A DNA stretch of 63,504 nt, filler included, from Octopus bimaculoides (taxonomy: Eukaryota): assembly GCF_001194135.2 (NCBI RefSeq). It is 7 parts of 7 records of this genome, joined end to end, with 100 filler letters (N's around TTAATTAATTAA, not from the genome) between each part and the next. Parts side by side here need not be neighbours in the genome. Positions count along the whole stretch, not along the records: positions 1 to 20,126 come from NC_069004.1; positions 20,227 to 42,269 come from NC_068986.1; 5 more parts are not named here. One strand, 5' to 3'. The notes under the pieces were generated by a model that was not told the DNA's origin, ran no database searches, and saw only the letters and a list, made by a program, of their open reading frames with translations. Position numbers and translations under genes: made by a program. Of the stretch, positions 13,208 through 24,717 are shown piece after piece. Within the stretch, counting starts at the first letter, position 1, and each line of letters opens with the position of its first letter.

Positions 13208-13735
13208 CCAGCCAGTGAAATTTTTTTCCCCACAAGAGTTCCAGACCCCAGTAATGAACTCATTTGCATTCAGCCAATCAGAGCTCACCTTGACCTTGTT
13301 GATAAGTGAACAAACACACTCAAGACGAAGGACGGTGTTGTAAGTTGACCGATCGCCTAGTTATGCCTGATTTTGGGAGACAATTAGATAGATTTGCATC
13401 TATACCTATTATCGGATTTTGTTAGGGCCCCGCTTATGGTAAAGATGTGGATGGGAAAAATGTGGGTAGAGGGTGATGTGCTAGCAACCCTCTCTTCTTA
13501 CTGTTTTACAAAGTAAACAACAACACAAATAACTACGCAGAGGCAGCCATGGTTGAAACAAGAATAAGAACAATAAGCATTCTTAAAAGAGAAAAGAAGT
13601 GACCTTGTTTTATCACCCATCACTTGTTATGCGCTCATAAATTAGTTTGATAGTTAAGCTCTCATTGGCTGTATGCAAATGAGTTCATAACTGGGATCCG
13701 AAAGTCTTGTGGGAAGAAAAATGTTGCTTCCGGCC
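13208..13735. mobile_element. MITE-like element with ~78-bp imperfect inverted arms (13208-13285 / 13657-13735)
   Basis: CCAGTAATGAACTCATTTGCATTCAGCCAATCAGAGCT versus AGCTCTCATTGGCTGTATGCAAATGAGTTCATAACTGG: 3 mismatches in 38 bp. Similarity extends outward (CCCACAAGA / TCTTGTGGG). Confidence 0.6.
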
Positions 13736-14016
13736 AATGGAATTTCAAGGAGGTATCAGCCATCGGCTGTCAGAACATCAGCGGTGTATGTATGTATGTA
13801 TGTATGTATGTGCACATTAAAGACAATGGGCGCACGCATGTCTTTGTGAGCATGTGTGAGTGAATACAAATACATAAAGCAGAACACACGTGCGCACACA
13901 CACACCCACATTCACCTATTAGCCCTCATACACACGTACATACATAAATACACACACCACACCTATTATCGTTCATATATACGTACATACATAAATACAT
14001 ATGAACAACCATTATT

Positions 14017-14058
<42 letters not shown>

Positions 14059-14850
14059 TGGTTAATCCAAATATATTTCCACATATTCAAAAAGTGTTCT
14101 GGTGAATTATGTCTTTCTACATAAAAAAAATCCGTCATGAGCAACAGAAACAGTGTTAGAGACAAAAAATAGTCATTTATGTATCATACTTTATGTACAC
14201 ACATCGCGGAAAAGCAAATTTACTGCAGTTGTCAGTGAGTAAATACTACTGACAAATCGCAACAAGAGAGAAATGCACATGTGGTGTTCTCACTGCTGCT
14301 ACGGAACGATTTTCATTTGCTACTGATATATATGTGGGTTTTTTTTAACATAGTACGTCCATAAGAGATATCATCTCCGGACGAATACCGCAGTTTATGC
14401 ATTACGGATAATATCGCTAAAAAAGAATGCAGCCAGACAAAGAGATCTTAAAAGTAAAAACGAAAAGGCAACTGAAATGGAGGTACATAAGTCTGATCAC
14501 TTCATTAATTGTCAACTGAAAAACATTTTACACGCGCGCGCGCGTATATTTTAGCTTAGGCATTACGAGATAAATAACCCAGTTTGGAGTTTCAATTACG
14601 TTATGTTTCACAACGAAGCGTTAGCTGAGTATAGAGTGGTAATAAGGAAGAGAGATGACAAAGGAATTAATGATTATCTTCTGAACTCCATTAACTTACA
14701 GCTGTTTCCGCTATAAGACGCAGTGGATTCACGGTTGAGTGCCTGAGTAACACCTCATATCTTCATCAGAGCTTCGAATGAAGTGCAACTTATTTGGGAA
14801 AGAATTACATTTGTGCCTATATAGGGAACGGCATCAACAATACATACATG

Positions 14851-14919
<69 letters not shown>

Positions 14920-14921
<2 letters not shown>

Positions 14922-15299
14922 TTTTATTTGTTTCAGTCAGTAAATTGCGGCCATGCTGGGACACCGTCTTGAATGCTTTAGTCGAATTAATCGACCCCCA
15001 GTACTTATTTTTTAAGCCTAGTACTTATTCTATCGGTCTCTTTTGCTGAACTGCTAAATTACGGGGACACAAACACACCAACACCGGTTGTCAAGTGATG
15101 CTAGGGTGACAAACACTGATACATACATACATATATATATATATGTACGACAGGCTTCTTTCAGTCTGTCTACCAAATCCACTCACAAGGCTTTGGTCGG
15201 TCTGAGGCTATAGTAGAAGACACTTGCCCAAGGTGCCATACAGTGGGACTGAACCGGGAACGATGTGGTTGGGAAGCAAGCTACTTACCAGACAGCCAT
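14920..15299 (-). mobile_element. tRNA-derived SINE family A, near full length
   Basis: Reverse complement of the head GGCTGTNTGGTAAGTAGCTTGCTT...GGTTCAGTCCCACTG (pol III A/B-box-like), an internal (TA)n and the tail CAGCATGGCCGCA...GACTGAAACAA. Confidence 0.85.
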
Positions 15300-15343
15300 A
15301 TATACATATATACATACATACACACACTCATATGTATATGTGT

Positions 15344-15466
15344 GAGAGAGAGAGAGGAGGGGAGGGAGAGAGAGAGAAAGAGGGAGAGAGAGAGAAAGAG
15401 GGAGAGAGAGAGAAAGAGGGAGAGAGAGAGAAAGAGGGAGAGAGAGAGAAAGAGGGAGAGAGAGAG
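15344..15466. repeat. Polypurine minisatellite, 18-bp unit GAGGGAGAGAGAGAGAAA
   Basis: Directly visible; runs into an N gap. Confidence 0.9.
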
Positions 15467-16424
15467 NNNNNNNNNNNNNNNNNNNNNNNNNNNNNNNNNN
15501 NNNNNNNNNNNNNNNNNNNNNNNNNNNNNNNNNNNNNNNNNNNNNNNNNNNNNNNNNNNNNNNNNNNNNNNNNNNNNNNNNNNNNNNNNNNNNNNNNNNN
15601 NNNNNNNNNNNNNNNNNNNNNNNNNNNNNNNNNNNNNNNNNNNNNNNNNNNNNNNNNNNNNNNNNNNNNNNNNNNNNNNNNNNNNNNNNNNNNNNNNNNN
15701 NNNNNNNNNNNNNNNNNNNNNNNNNNNNNNNNNNNNNNNNNNNNNNNNNNNNNNNNNNNNNNNNNNNNNNNNNNNNNNNNNNNNNNNNNNNNNNNNNNNN
15801 NNNNNNNNNNNNNNNNNNNNNNNNNNNNNNNNNNNNNNNNNNNNNNNNNNNNNNNNNNNNNNNNNNNNNNNNNNNNNNNNNNNNNNNNNNNNNNNNNNNN
15901 NNNNNNNNNNNNNNNNNNNNNNNNNNNNNNNNNNNNNNNNNNNNNNNNNNNNNNNNNNNNNNNNNNNNNNNNNNNNNNNNNNNNNNNNNNNNNNNNNNNN
16001 NNNAAAAATAATACGGAATCGGGGCCGAGACTTAAAGCAACGCATAGCCCCTCCTTAAGGCTGAAACAGGGAGCGCAGAATGAGAGGGGCGTGCACGTAT
16101 GAGAAAAAGACACACTATGATTGATGAGTCGCCGTCGTCATCATCATCGTCGTTGCTGTGGTTTAGCCCAGGGTCAGCCCTGGTCGCAGAGTCTTCTGAG
16201 CCTTACGGTGATAATCGGCCGAATAATAGGGTGTGATGCACCGATCGTTAGAGGTGGGAGGAAAGATAAGGAAGAGGTAAAGTAGGAGGTGAGAAGTTTA
16301 GAATATGAAAGTACTAAGGAGAGAGAAAGAGAAATAGAGAGAGAGTGAGAGGAAAGCAGGGGGATAGAGAGAGAGGGGAGAAATTAAAATGAGAAAGAAA
16401 GATAGCTACGTAGGTAGGTAAGTA

Positions 16425-16451
16425 GATAGATAGATAAACAGACATATAGAC

Positions 16452-16518
<67 letters not shown>
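16425..16518. repeat. (GATA)n microsatellite
   Basis: Directly visible. Confidence 0.95.
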
Positions 16519-16663
16519 CGGGAGAGTGATGTAATTATGTATGTATGTCATTCAGTTTATTTCAAGATTTCTTGCCAACAGAGAAAGAGCCGGTTTCTAA
16601 CCTAGATCCAAGGTTCCCTTCAATGGAAATAAACCCTTGTAAATATTCTTTTAGTCCTTGCAA

Positions 16664-16804
16664 AGACGGCCGAACTGGCAGAATCGTTAGCACAGCGGGC
16701 AAGATGTTTAGCGATATTTCGTCCGACTTCACGTTCTGAGTTCCAATTCCGCCGAGGTCGACTTTGCCTTTCATTGTTTCGGGGTCGAAAAAATAAGTAC
16801 CAGA
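16664..16804 (+). mobile_element. SINE-like family B
   Basis: CTGGCAGAATCGTTAGCAC...GTTCTGAGTTCCAATTCCGCCGAGGTCGACTTTGCCTTTCAT. Confidence 0.8.
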
Positions 16805-16898
16805 TGAAGAGTATATATTGCACGACTTTCGTCAACAATATATCATTATATTACGCTTTTTTTTTTCTTTTTTCACGATCTGATGTTTGTCACATATA

Positions 16899-17229
16899 AG
16901 CGCAGGTGTGGCTGTGTGGTAAGTAGCTTGTTTACCAACCACATAGTTCCGGGTTCAGTCTCACTGCGTGGCACCTTGGGCAAGTGTCTTCTACTATAGC
17001 CTCGGACTGACTAAAGCCTTGTGAGTGGATTTGATAGACGGAAACTGAAAGAAGCCCGTCGTATATGTATTTGTTGGTGTGTTTACGTCTCCGTAACTTA
17101 GCGGTTCGGCAAAAAGACACCAATAGAATAAGTACTAGGCTTACAAAGAATGAGTCCTGGAGTCGATTTATTCGACTAAAGGCGGTGCTCCAGCATGGCC
17201 GCAGTCAAGATGACTGACACAAATGAAAG
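16899..17229 (+). mobile_element. tRNA-derived SINE family A, near full length
   Basis: GCGCAGGTGTGGCTGTGTGGTAAGTAGCTTG...GGTTCAGTCTCACTGCGTGGCACCTTGGGCAAGTGTC through CAGCATGGCCGCAGTCAA. Confidence 0.85.
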
Positions 17230-17379
17230 AATATATCTATATATTACACCACGGGGTTTGTTTGTTTTTTTAACGATGTGAACTGATTAATCAGGAAGTA
17301 AACAAGTTTTTATTAATTACATCGTTTCTTTTATTGTGTTTTGTAAATATTGAGTTCTAAAATCTCTTGATAAATCTTC

Positions 17380-18115
17380 TCATCGATCATCCGGTTGTAC
17401 TGCTCCCGCGTATTCCCGTGACTCTCAGTCGCCATCCGATTGCATTGTTCATTATATTCGGCAGGTCAAAGGGATTGTAGTCAATGACGTCACAAATCCA
17501 CTTGAAACAGGTCTTGGCTTATTGTCCCCCGCTAACTCTTCCTTGTGTAGGCTCCCACAAAACAACACTAAACATTTTTGTCTTCAGCTCTCCAGCAATG
17601 CCCTGCGGACCTGACTACACTCTTTGAAAATGTCTGATACTGGACGAAAGTTCCCATACAATCGTTCATTGGTCAGACGATCTCTCCTAGTGACATTCAA
17701 AGCCACTCTTTGTATGCGAGTGTAAGCTCCATCCAATTTTCTTCCCTTTTTTGAAGTGAGTACCCATGCTGAGTAGATAGACAATAGAACAGAGATAACA
17801 GTGGCTTAAAAGAGGCTTCTTTCTCATGTCTGCAAGTCTAAGTTTCCGCACTAGAGATAACCTGTCAACGGCTCCCAAACTTTTCCAATGTCTGTGGTTA
17901 CAGCGCTTTCGCAGCCAGTAACTTTGCTACCTTGACAAGTAAATTTTTCTACCCAATTGAGTGATGTTCCACATTCTGTTTTGACCGTTCCATTTTGAAT
18001 ATAAACTAATGTATTCCGTTTTCTTTTGAGTGAACATGGAGGCCGATATCTTTGGCCGAATTCTCAAGACTATGAAGAAGAATTATTATTATTCACTTCG
18101 TGCATTCGCGAAATG
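17380..18115 (-). mobile_element. Decayed RTE-clade LINE 3' fragment (RT C-terminal half and thumb), with frameshifts and stops
   Basis: Hand translation of the - strand gives LLHSLENSAKDIGLHVHSK/KTEYI, then KLDGAYTRIQRVALNVT (ORF 17584-17784), then AGHCWRAEDK. These fit RTE-type RT motifs (LLxxLExxAxxxGLxIN.KKTE; KLDGxYTRMLRxALN; FAGHCWR). Confidence 0.85.
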
Positions 18116-18299
18116 CACCTTTTTTGTTTGCCATTAATTGAAGTGTAACTGATCTTCCTTTCGTCATTGGAATAACACGCTAGCCATGTTCCTACATGAA
18201 GTGCTGACGAGATGATTGCCTGGTTTATGCTTATTGCCCATATATATATATATGATATATGCATGTGTGTGTATGTGTGTATATATATATATATATAAC

Positions 18300-18600
18300 C
18301 ACGCGTGAACCGTTGGCGATTTTTTTCCCTCCATTTTCCTTTACTCTTGGACTTTCCTCTGTCTCCCCTTTCAGAAGAAGAGTTTTGCTCGAAACGTAAA
18401 ACCACCTTTCTTTCCTTCCCTGGGCGTNNNNNNNNNNACCGTTGGCGATTTTTTTCCCTCCATTTTCCTTTACTCTTGGACTTTCCTCTGTCTCCCCTTT
18501 CAGAAGAAGAGTTTTGCTCGAAACGTAAAACCACCTTTCTTTCCTTCCCTGGGCGTCTGCTAATACTTTACATGTACCACGTGCTCGTGTTGTATATACG
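18300..18600 (+). mobile_element. Penelope-like terminal-repeat fragment (partly duplicated around an 11-N gap)
   Basis: Pyrimidine-rich leader, then TTTCAGAAGAAGAG...GCTCGAAACGT and TTCCCTGGGCGTCTGCTAATAC. Similar to the - strand element at 33000-33207. Family assignment is by resemblance to PLE ends only. Confidence 0.45.
18368..18402 (+). ncRNA. Minimal type I hammerhead-ribozyme-like motif with a variant core (CAGAAGA)
   Basis: CUUU-CAGAAGA-A-GAGU(UUU)GCUC-GAAAC-GUA-AAAC: core-like heptamer, stem II, GAAA, palindromic ACGU helix III, NUH triplet and a short stem I. An identical copy lies at 18497-18531. Confidence 0.45.
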
Positions 18601-20458
18601 TATACATATAATACATATAATACATATATATATATATATGTATACGTATGTGTATATGTGCGGAGCGAGGGTAGCAGCTTTAGGGAAAACCGCCGGTATC
18701 CCTCACAATCTTGTTTTACTTTCTGTGGGCGAAGTTCCATAACCTTGGAGCGATCTCTTGCAGGTGGTAATTTAGTTTCTCCTTTGTCACGCGCTCCTTT
18801 TTAGCCATTCAGGAAAAATTTAGTTCAGAGATTAATAGTTTGTGAGCCATTTCTGATTAGTTGAACGAAAACACGCGATAATTTTAGATTCGCCATCATT
18901 TGTATTATTTTAGCCAGTCAGTTTAACCAATCAAAAACTAGTAGTTTGAAATACTTAGTTTTGACAATATTTTAAACACGTGATTATTGATTCAGATTAT
19001 TTGAATCTCACTTGGCACAAAAGCTTGACACCTGACAAATCAATCTCTCAACGTCTAAATTTCATTCTAACAATAAACATGTTACGTCATTTCATTTCAC
19101 GTTGCCTATAGATAACGTCTACCTTGGCTTAGCCTCGACAGAATATTCCTACTAGTTATATAGTTATATTTATTTAATTTCCCGCTTTATCGAAGACTTT
19201 TTATCTTCTTGCACACATTTAACCAAAGCACAAACAATTTCTTTGTCATAAAATCATGGATATCGAGGGATGGTTTTCTGCAGTGTTTTTCTACAACATA
19301 AGTCATCGATGCTCATTTTTTCACAAACCACATTTATGTAAATGCTATCTTGATTGTTGTGAAGTAATATTTGAAATTTTCTGTATTTGAAATCAGTCCA
19401 ATTCCGAGCTATGTTCTCAAACCACATGATGTGTAATTGCCATAACGTTATTGTACCCGTATTTATGAGATTAAAAAGAAAAATTATAGACAAAACTAAT
19501 TTTTGTTGTGATATTTATGAACACTCTTTTAATTTCCTGAAATCTCTTGGGACTAGGATGTTTATGAGTGTATACAAATGCCTACACATGTATAATACAC
19601 ACACAGGTACACACATACACATATTCATGCTATTCATACATGTATGCATTTGTATATATGCATGTTTGACTATGTAAGTATATATACACAAATGCACATA
19701 TATGTATGCATATAAGTATTTTTTTAAATACTTGCAATAGTAAGCTACAGATTTAATATGACGACTATTAGAAATCTTAACTTTGGACCCCCCCAGTAAT
19801 TGAACTCAACCTTTCTCATATATATATATATATATAATATATATAAATATATATAATATATATATATATATACACACACACATATATGTGTGTATGTATG
19901 TGTGCATGTGTGCGTGAGTAAACAAATGTTTATGCATGTTTATATATATGTTTATATATGTATGTATATTTGTACATACATACATATATATACATATTCT
20001 TATGTGTGTGTATGTGTATATATATATATATATACATACATGCATACACACAAACACGCAAACACACTCTCTCTCACACACACACTCACACGCGCAAACA
20101 CACACATGCACGCACACAAACACAAANNNNNNNNNNNNNNNNNNNNNNNNNNNNNNNNNNNNNNNNNNNNTTAATTAATTAANNNNNNNNNNNNNNNNNN
20201 NNNNNNNNNNNNNNNNNNNNNNNNNNAAACTGGGGCCCTTGTGGAGTACTACCAATCCCGGGTTAGAGCAAGGCTGGGAATGGTAACCTAAATGTAACTC
20301 CATACGCCCCCTAAGTCCTTCACTCCTGAATTGCAGCCTTACCACTGAATGGGGTTTAATGGGTTATCCGGGCCTCTTGGCAGCAAACCATGGACTAAAA
20401 AGCACATCAGCAATTTCTTCCTTTTCACGGAGTCAGCCAACCACAAAGCATAAAGAAA

Positions 20459-20500
<42 letters not shown>

Positions 20501-21551
20501 TTGTGAGGGGGGGGATATGTGTATGTGATGGAATGTGTATTATCAATTTGTGTAATTGGATATGCATGTGTGCGTGTCTATACATGTAGGTCAATACGTG
20601 TATATGTCAACGCGTGTATAGGTCAATGCGTGTGCACGTATCAAAATGTGCGCATGTATTATTTGCGTGTATGTATGTGTGAATGTGTGCGTACGTGAAG
20701 GCATGTGGTGTTTCTTTAGTGTATGTGTGTGTGTGTGTGTGTGTTTTGCATAAAGGGAGGAAGTATATAAACCACACCCCCAGCAACTTTGAAAAAAAAA
20801 TGGAGGAAGGATACGTTAGATAATGTACACCGAGATAACCCCTAAAAAGATAGGCTAGGCAGTGTCGGTAAATGCCTTTTGATGATAGGACTGCTCGATC
20901 GGGTAGACCGAGGGCTAAACAACAACAAAAACAATAAAACAACAAGAGCAACATCACACCTTGTTGAGCTATTGTTTTTAATACGGATGGCGTCTCTTAG
21001 TTATTTATTCCGAGATACACAGTCTGAAAGGAAAGAAAATAAAGGAGCGATGGGCAAGGCTGGAATGCTTTTGATCATAATTCGGTGCGGTCGGGGATTG
21101 CTCTCACTACTACAACAGAAACAAAAGTAAGGTCTTTTTTATGCTACCTACTGAAATTGTAAGGAAGTAAACTCCACTCCTTTCGAAATATTGAATAAAA
21201 AATAAATATATAAATAAAAAAAAATTAGATAAACGCATAAATGGATATCCGTCAGTTTCGAGGATGAGTGTTGCAGATGTTCGATCAACTGGACTATCCA
21301 TTCATTGAATTATTATGTTTTATCTTTTATATTTTACTTGTTTCTGTTATCGGACAATGTCCATTTAGGGCAACGTTTTGAAGGGTTTTTAGTCAAGCAA
21401 ATTGACCCCAGTACATATTTTTAAAACCTGGTACTTCTTCCATTGTTTTTTTTTGCTTTTTTATTTGCTTTTTTTTTTGGCTTTTTTTTTACCGGTTGTC
21501 AAGCGGTACAATTTTCGCCTTACAAAATCACTCACTGCCAGTTGTGGCTCA

Positions 21552-21678
21552 TGTATAGGCACTGCGGTACTACAGCACCCACTCGATATTATCAATAACA
21601 TTCAATATAATGAGTCCTTTTTTCTTTAATTCTCTTATACTTTTACATTATAAAATCCTTAAGCTTAATGTCAGTAGC
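21552..21678. repeat. Interspersed repeat, copy 2 (copy 1 at 12626-12763)
   Basis: Shared blocks as for copy 1. Confidence 0.8.
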
Positions 21679-22455
21679 CTGCGCACTTCACTGTTCCAGT
21701 GACGCGTTGCTTGGCTGTTGTGCGCATGCTCACATGTCCGAAATTGGAAGCTTCATGCTAGGGCGAGAGGGCACTGTCTTTCGCGCATTGCCGGTGCAAG
21801 GTGGTGTTCTTTTTTTTTTCTTTCTTTTTGTTACTCCGCGTGTGTTGTGCTTAAAAACATGTTTATATTCTTGAATGTGATAAAGTGTAGAATTAGATTA
21901 TAATCCTGCTTTCAGCTTCAGTGTTGCTGCCAGAATTTGAAAAATAGGGNNNNNNNNNNNNNNNNNNNNNNNNNNNNNNNNNNNNNNNNNNNNNNNNNNN
22001 NNNNNNNNNNNNNNNNNNNNNNNNNNNNNNNNNNNNNNNNNNNNNNNNNNNNNNNNNNNNNNNNNNNNNNNNNNNNNNNNNNNNNNNNNNNNNNNNNNNN
22101 NNNNNNNNNNNNNNNNNNNNNNNNNNNNNNNNNNNNNNNNNNNNNNNNNNNNNNNNNNNNNNNNNNNNNNNNNNNNNNNNNNNNNNNNNNNNNNNNNNNN
22201 NNNNNNNNNNNNNNNNNNNNNNNNNNNNNNNNNNNNNNNNNNNNNNNNNNNNNNNNNNNNNNNNNNNNNNNNNNNNNNNNNNNNNNNNNNNNNNNNNNNN
22301 NNNNNNNNNNNNNNNNNNNNNNNNNNNNNNNNNNNNNNNNNNNNNNNNNNNNNNNNNNNNNNNNNNNNNNNNNNNNNNNNNNNNNNNNNNNNNNNNNNNN
22401 NNNNNNNNNNNNNNNNNNNNAATTAGTAAAATAATCGTGCCATTGCTAAACTAGT

Positions 22456-22792
22456 GAGGGCGCATGGCTCAGTGGTTTGAGCGTTGGGCTCGCAACCATG
22501 AGTTAGTGAGTTCGATTTCCGGACCGAGCTGTGTGTTGTGCTCTTGAGCAAGACACTTTATTTTACATTGCTCCAGAACACTCAGCTGTAGAAATGAGTT
22601 GCGACACCACTGGCGCCAAACTGTATCAGCCTTTGCCTTTCCCTTGCATAACATCAGTGGCGTGGAGAGAGGAGGTTGGGATGCATGGGCGACTGCTGCT
22701 CTTCCATAAACAACCTTGCTCGGACTTGTGCTTTGGATGGAAACTTTCTAAGTGCAATCCCATGGTCATTCAGGACCGAAGGGAGTCTTCAC
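22456..22792 (+). mobile_element. tRNA-derived SINE family E (CORE-like central domain)
   Basis: A-box-like TGGCTCAGTGGT and B-box-like GAGTTCGATTTCC, then GTGTTGTGCTCTTGAGCAAGACACTT, which is shared with 27533-27770. Confidence 0.75.
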
Positions 22793-23115
22793 TCTTTTCT
22801 ACTAAACTAGTACTTAGAACTTAAATCAACATCAAATTTTGAAGTAAGGTTTTAATTTAGATCACTACAAAATGGAATATTTGTATCAGAGAACCCAGAG
22901 ACGGTCACAGACGGGTTGGAATCTGAGAATATTCTTGCAAGACTTCAATGTATTCGCGTGACCTTGACCTCTATTACAAAACGGAAGCGCGTTAATGAAG
23001 TCACTTTAATCTTAATAATCGCCACATGCCATAGAATCAATAAATTCTAAAATATACTGTTTTGTGATTATAAAATATATTTTAAGACCATCAACTTCAC
23101 CTAAGCATGCATTTG

Positions 23116-23240
23116 TAATATGGAGTCAAAATTTTCGTCGCTCGAAACTACAACCAGTTCACTGACAAAGTTTTGCAGCAAATTTATTTTGCCAGTGAAT
23201 AAGGTCAGTTTCGAGCGACGAAATTTCTGACACCATATTA
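23116..23240. repeat. 125-bp near-perfect palindrome (MITE-like foldback with TA ends)
   Basis: TAATATGGAGTCAAAATTTTCGTCGCTCGAAACT / AGTTTCGAGCGACGAAATTTCTGACACCATATTA outer arms; inner TTCACTGACAA / TTGCCAGTGAA arms. Confidence 0.85.
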
Positions 23241-23540
23241 GAAATAAATGTTTTAAGCGAAGCTGACAGTCTTTGTGTGTTTCGGAATGGCTAACTTTAT
23301 GCCTTCCATGCTTCAATCGATTAAGTTTCAGCACACGATCTCAAATCAAAAGACTTAATATGCAAGTACTACATCTCCGTATGAATATACTTTGAAACTG
23401 TGATTACGTCATAGTAATCACTACGTGTAAATATTGCTGCGGTTCCCGAATTCTTACATAAGCTGTTTTATATTTATAAAATATTCTAAAAGGGCTGTAC
23501 TGCTTTATATATGTATATATATGTATGTGTGTGTATGTTT

Positions 23541-23726
23541 ATGTGTCTGTGTTTGTCCCCCACTCCACCCCAACATCGCTTGACAACTGATGCTGGTGTG
23601 TTTACGTCCCCGTAACATTAGGCTTACAAAGAATAAGCCCTGGGGTCGATTTGCTCGACTAAAGGCGGTGCTTCAGCATGGCCACAGTCAAATGACTGAA
23701 ACAAGTAAAAGAGTAAAAGAGTAAAA
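23541..23726 (+). mobile_element. SINE family A 3' half
   Basis: GTGTCTGTGTTTGTCCCC...ATCGCTTGACAAC...GGGGTCGATTTGCTCGACTAAAGGCGGTGC...GACTGAAACAAGTAAAAGAG. Confidence 0.8.
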
Positions 23727-24335
23727 GGATGGAAAATAATGTTTATTTTTGTATACTTCCACTTTATTTATATTTGAAAAGTTTTCTCTGACTTTTTTGA
23801 ATTGCAAAGTCCTTCATCAGATATCCGCTATGACCCCATAAACACTTCGAAATTATATTTCCACTTCGAATATTCTTTTAGCAAGTTAAAAGTAATTTTC
23901 TTTTGTACCGTAACCCATTTACCATTTCTGTGGTGCTCACCAACACCCAACCACCCTTGCCTCGATGCCCTAAGCACGTGCTTATTTTGCTTAATGGTTT
24001 AATCCGGTGCTATCCGTGACAAACAAAACAAAAAAAATTACTGATACTTGATGCTGGCATTCACTTGGATCGGTATGATCCAGCTGCTTTCAACAACATA
24101 AAATTCCAACAAGAATATATCGAATTAGAATATACAATATTATAAGACTAAACCTGATTGATTCTGACGTCTCTTCGAACCAGCACATGTAAATAAATAG
24201 GACACGATTACCTTAAAGATATCGATATTTTATCTGGCAGCCATCGTACCCGTTGGCCAAATAAACTAAAGATAAAATAATAATCAGTAAATATATACAA
24301 AAAGTTCAATAAACTTACATATCAATATATCTGTT

Positions 24336-24390
<55 letters not shown>

Positions 24391-24525
24391 TTGTGGATAA
24401 TGTAAATATTTGTAAATATATGTGTATGTATGTTATATGCATATATGTGTATATATATATTAAATAAATATTTACTCTAGTTCATGTATTGAGTTCTTTA
24501 TCCAGTTAATGATTTTTTTTATGCG

Positions 24526-24564
<39 letters not shown>

Positions 24565-24666
24565 AAGGAAGAGAGAGAGGGGGTAGGGAGAATGTTATTG
24601 AATTTCTTTGGATATTTATAGATTGTTTATTTTATATACCTTTCAATATATATATATATATATATT

Positions 24667-24667
<1 letters not shown>

Positions 24668-24717
<50 letters not shown>

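Noticed and set aside
18308-18557. Exact ~120-bp tandem duplication
   Set aside because: The copies are identical and separated only by an 11-N gap, typical of unmerged overlapping contig ends. It is not counted as a real duplication without long reads.
19254-19493. 79-aa - strand ORF (…GTITLWQLHIMWFENIARNW…) faintly recalling a Cys-loop receptor W-x-D-x-x-L-x-W segment
   Set aside because: The Trp spacing is off by one, the Asp and Leu are absent, there is no Cys-loop, and no splice signals were identified. The resemblance is too weak to call.
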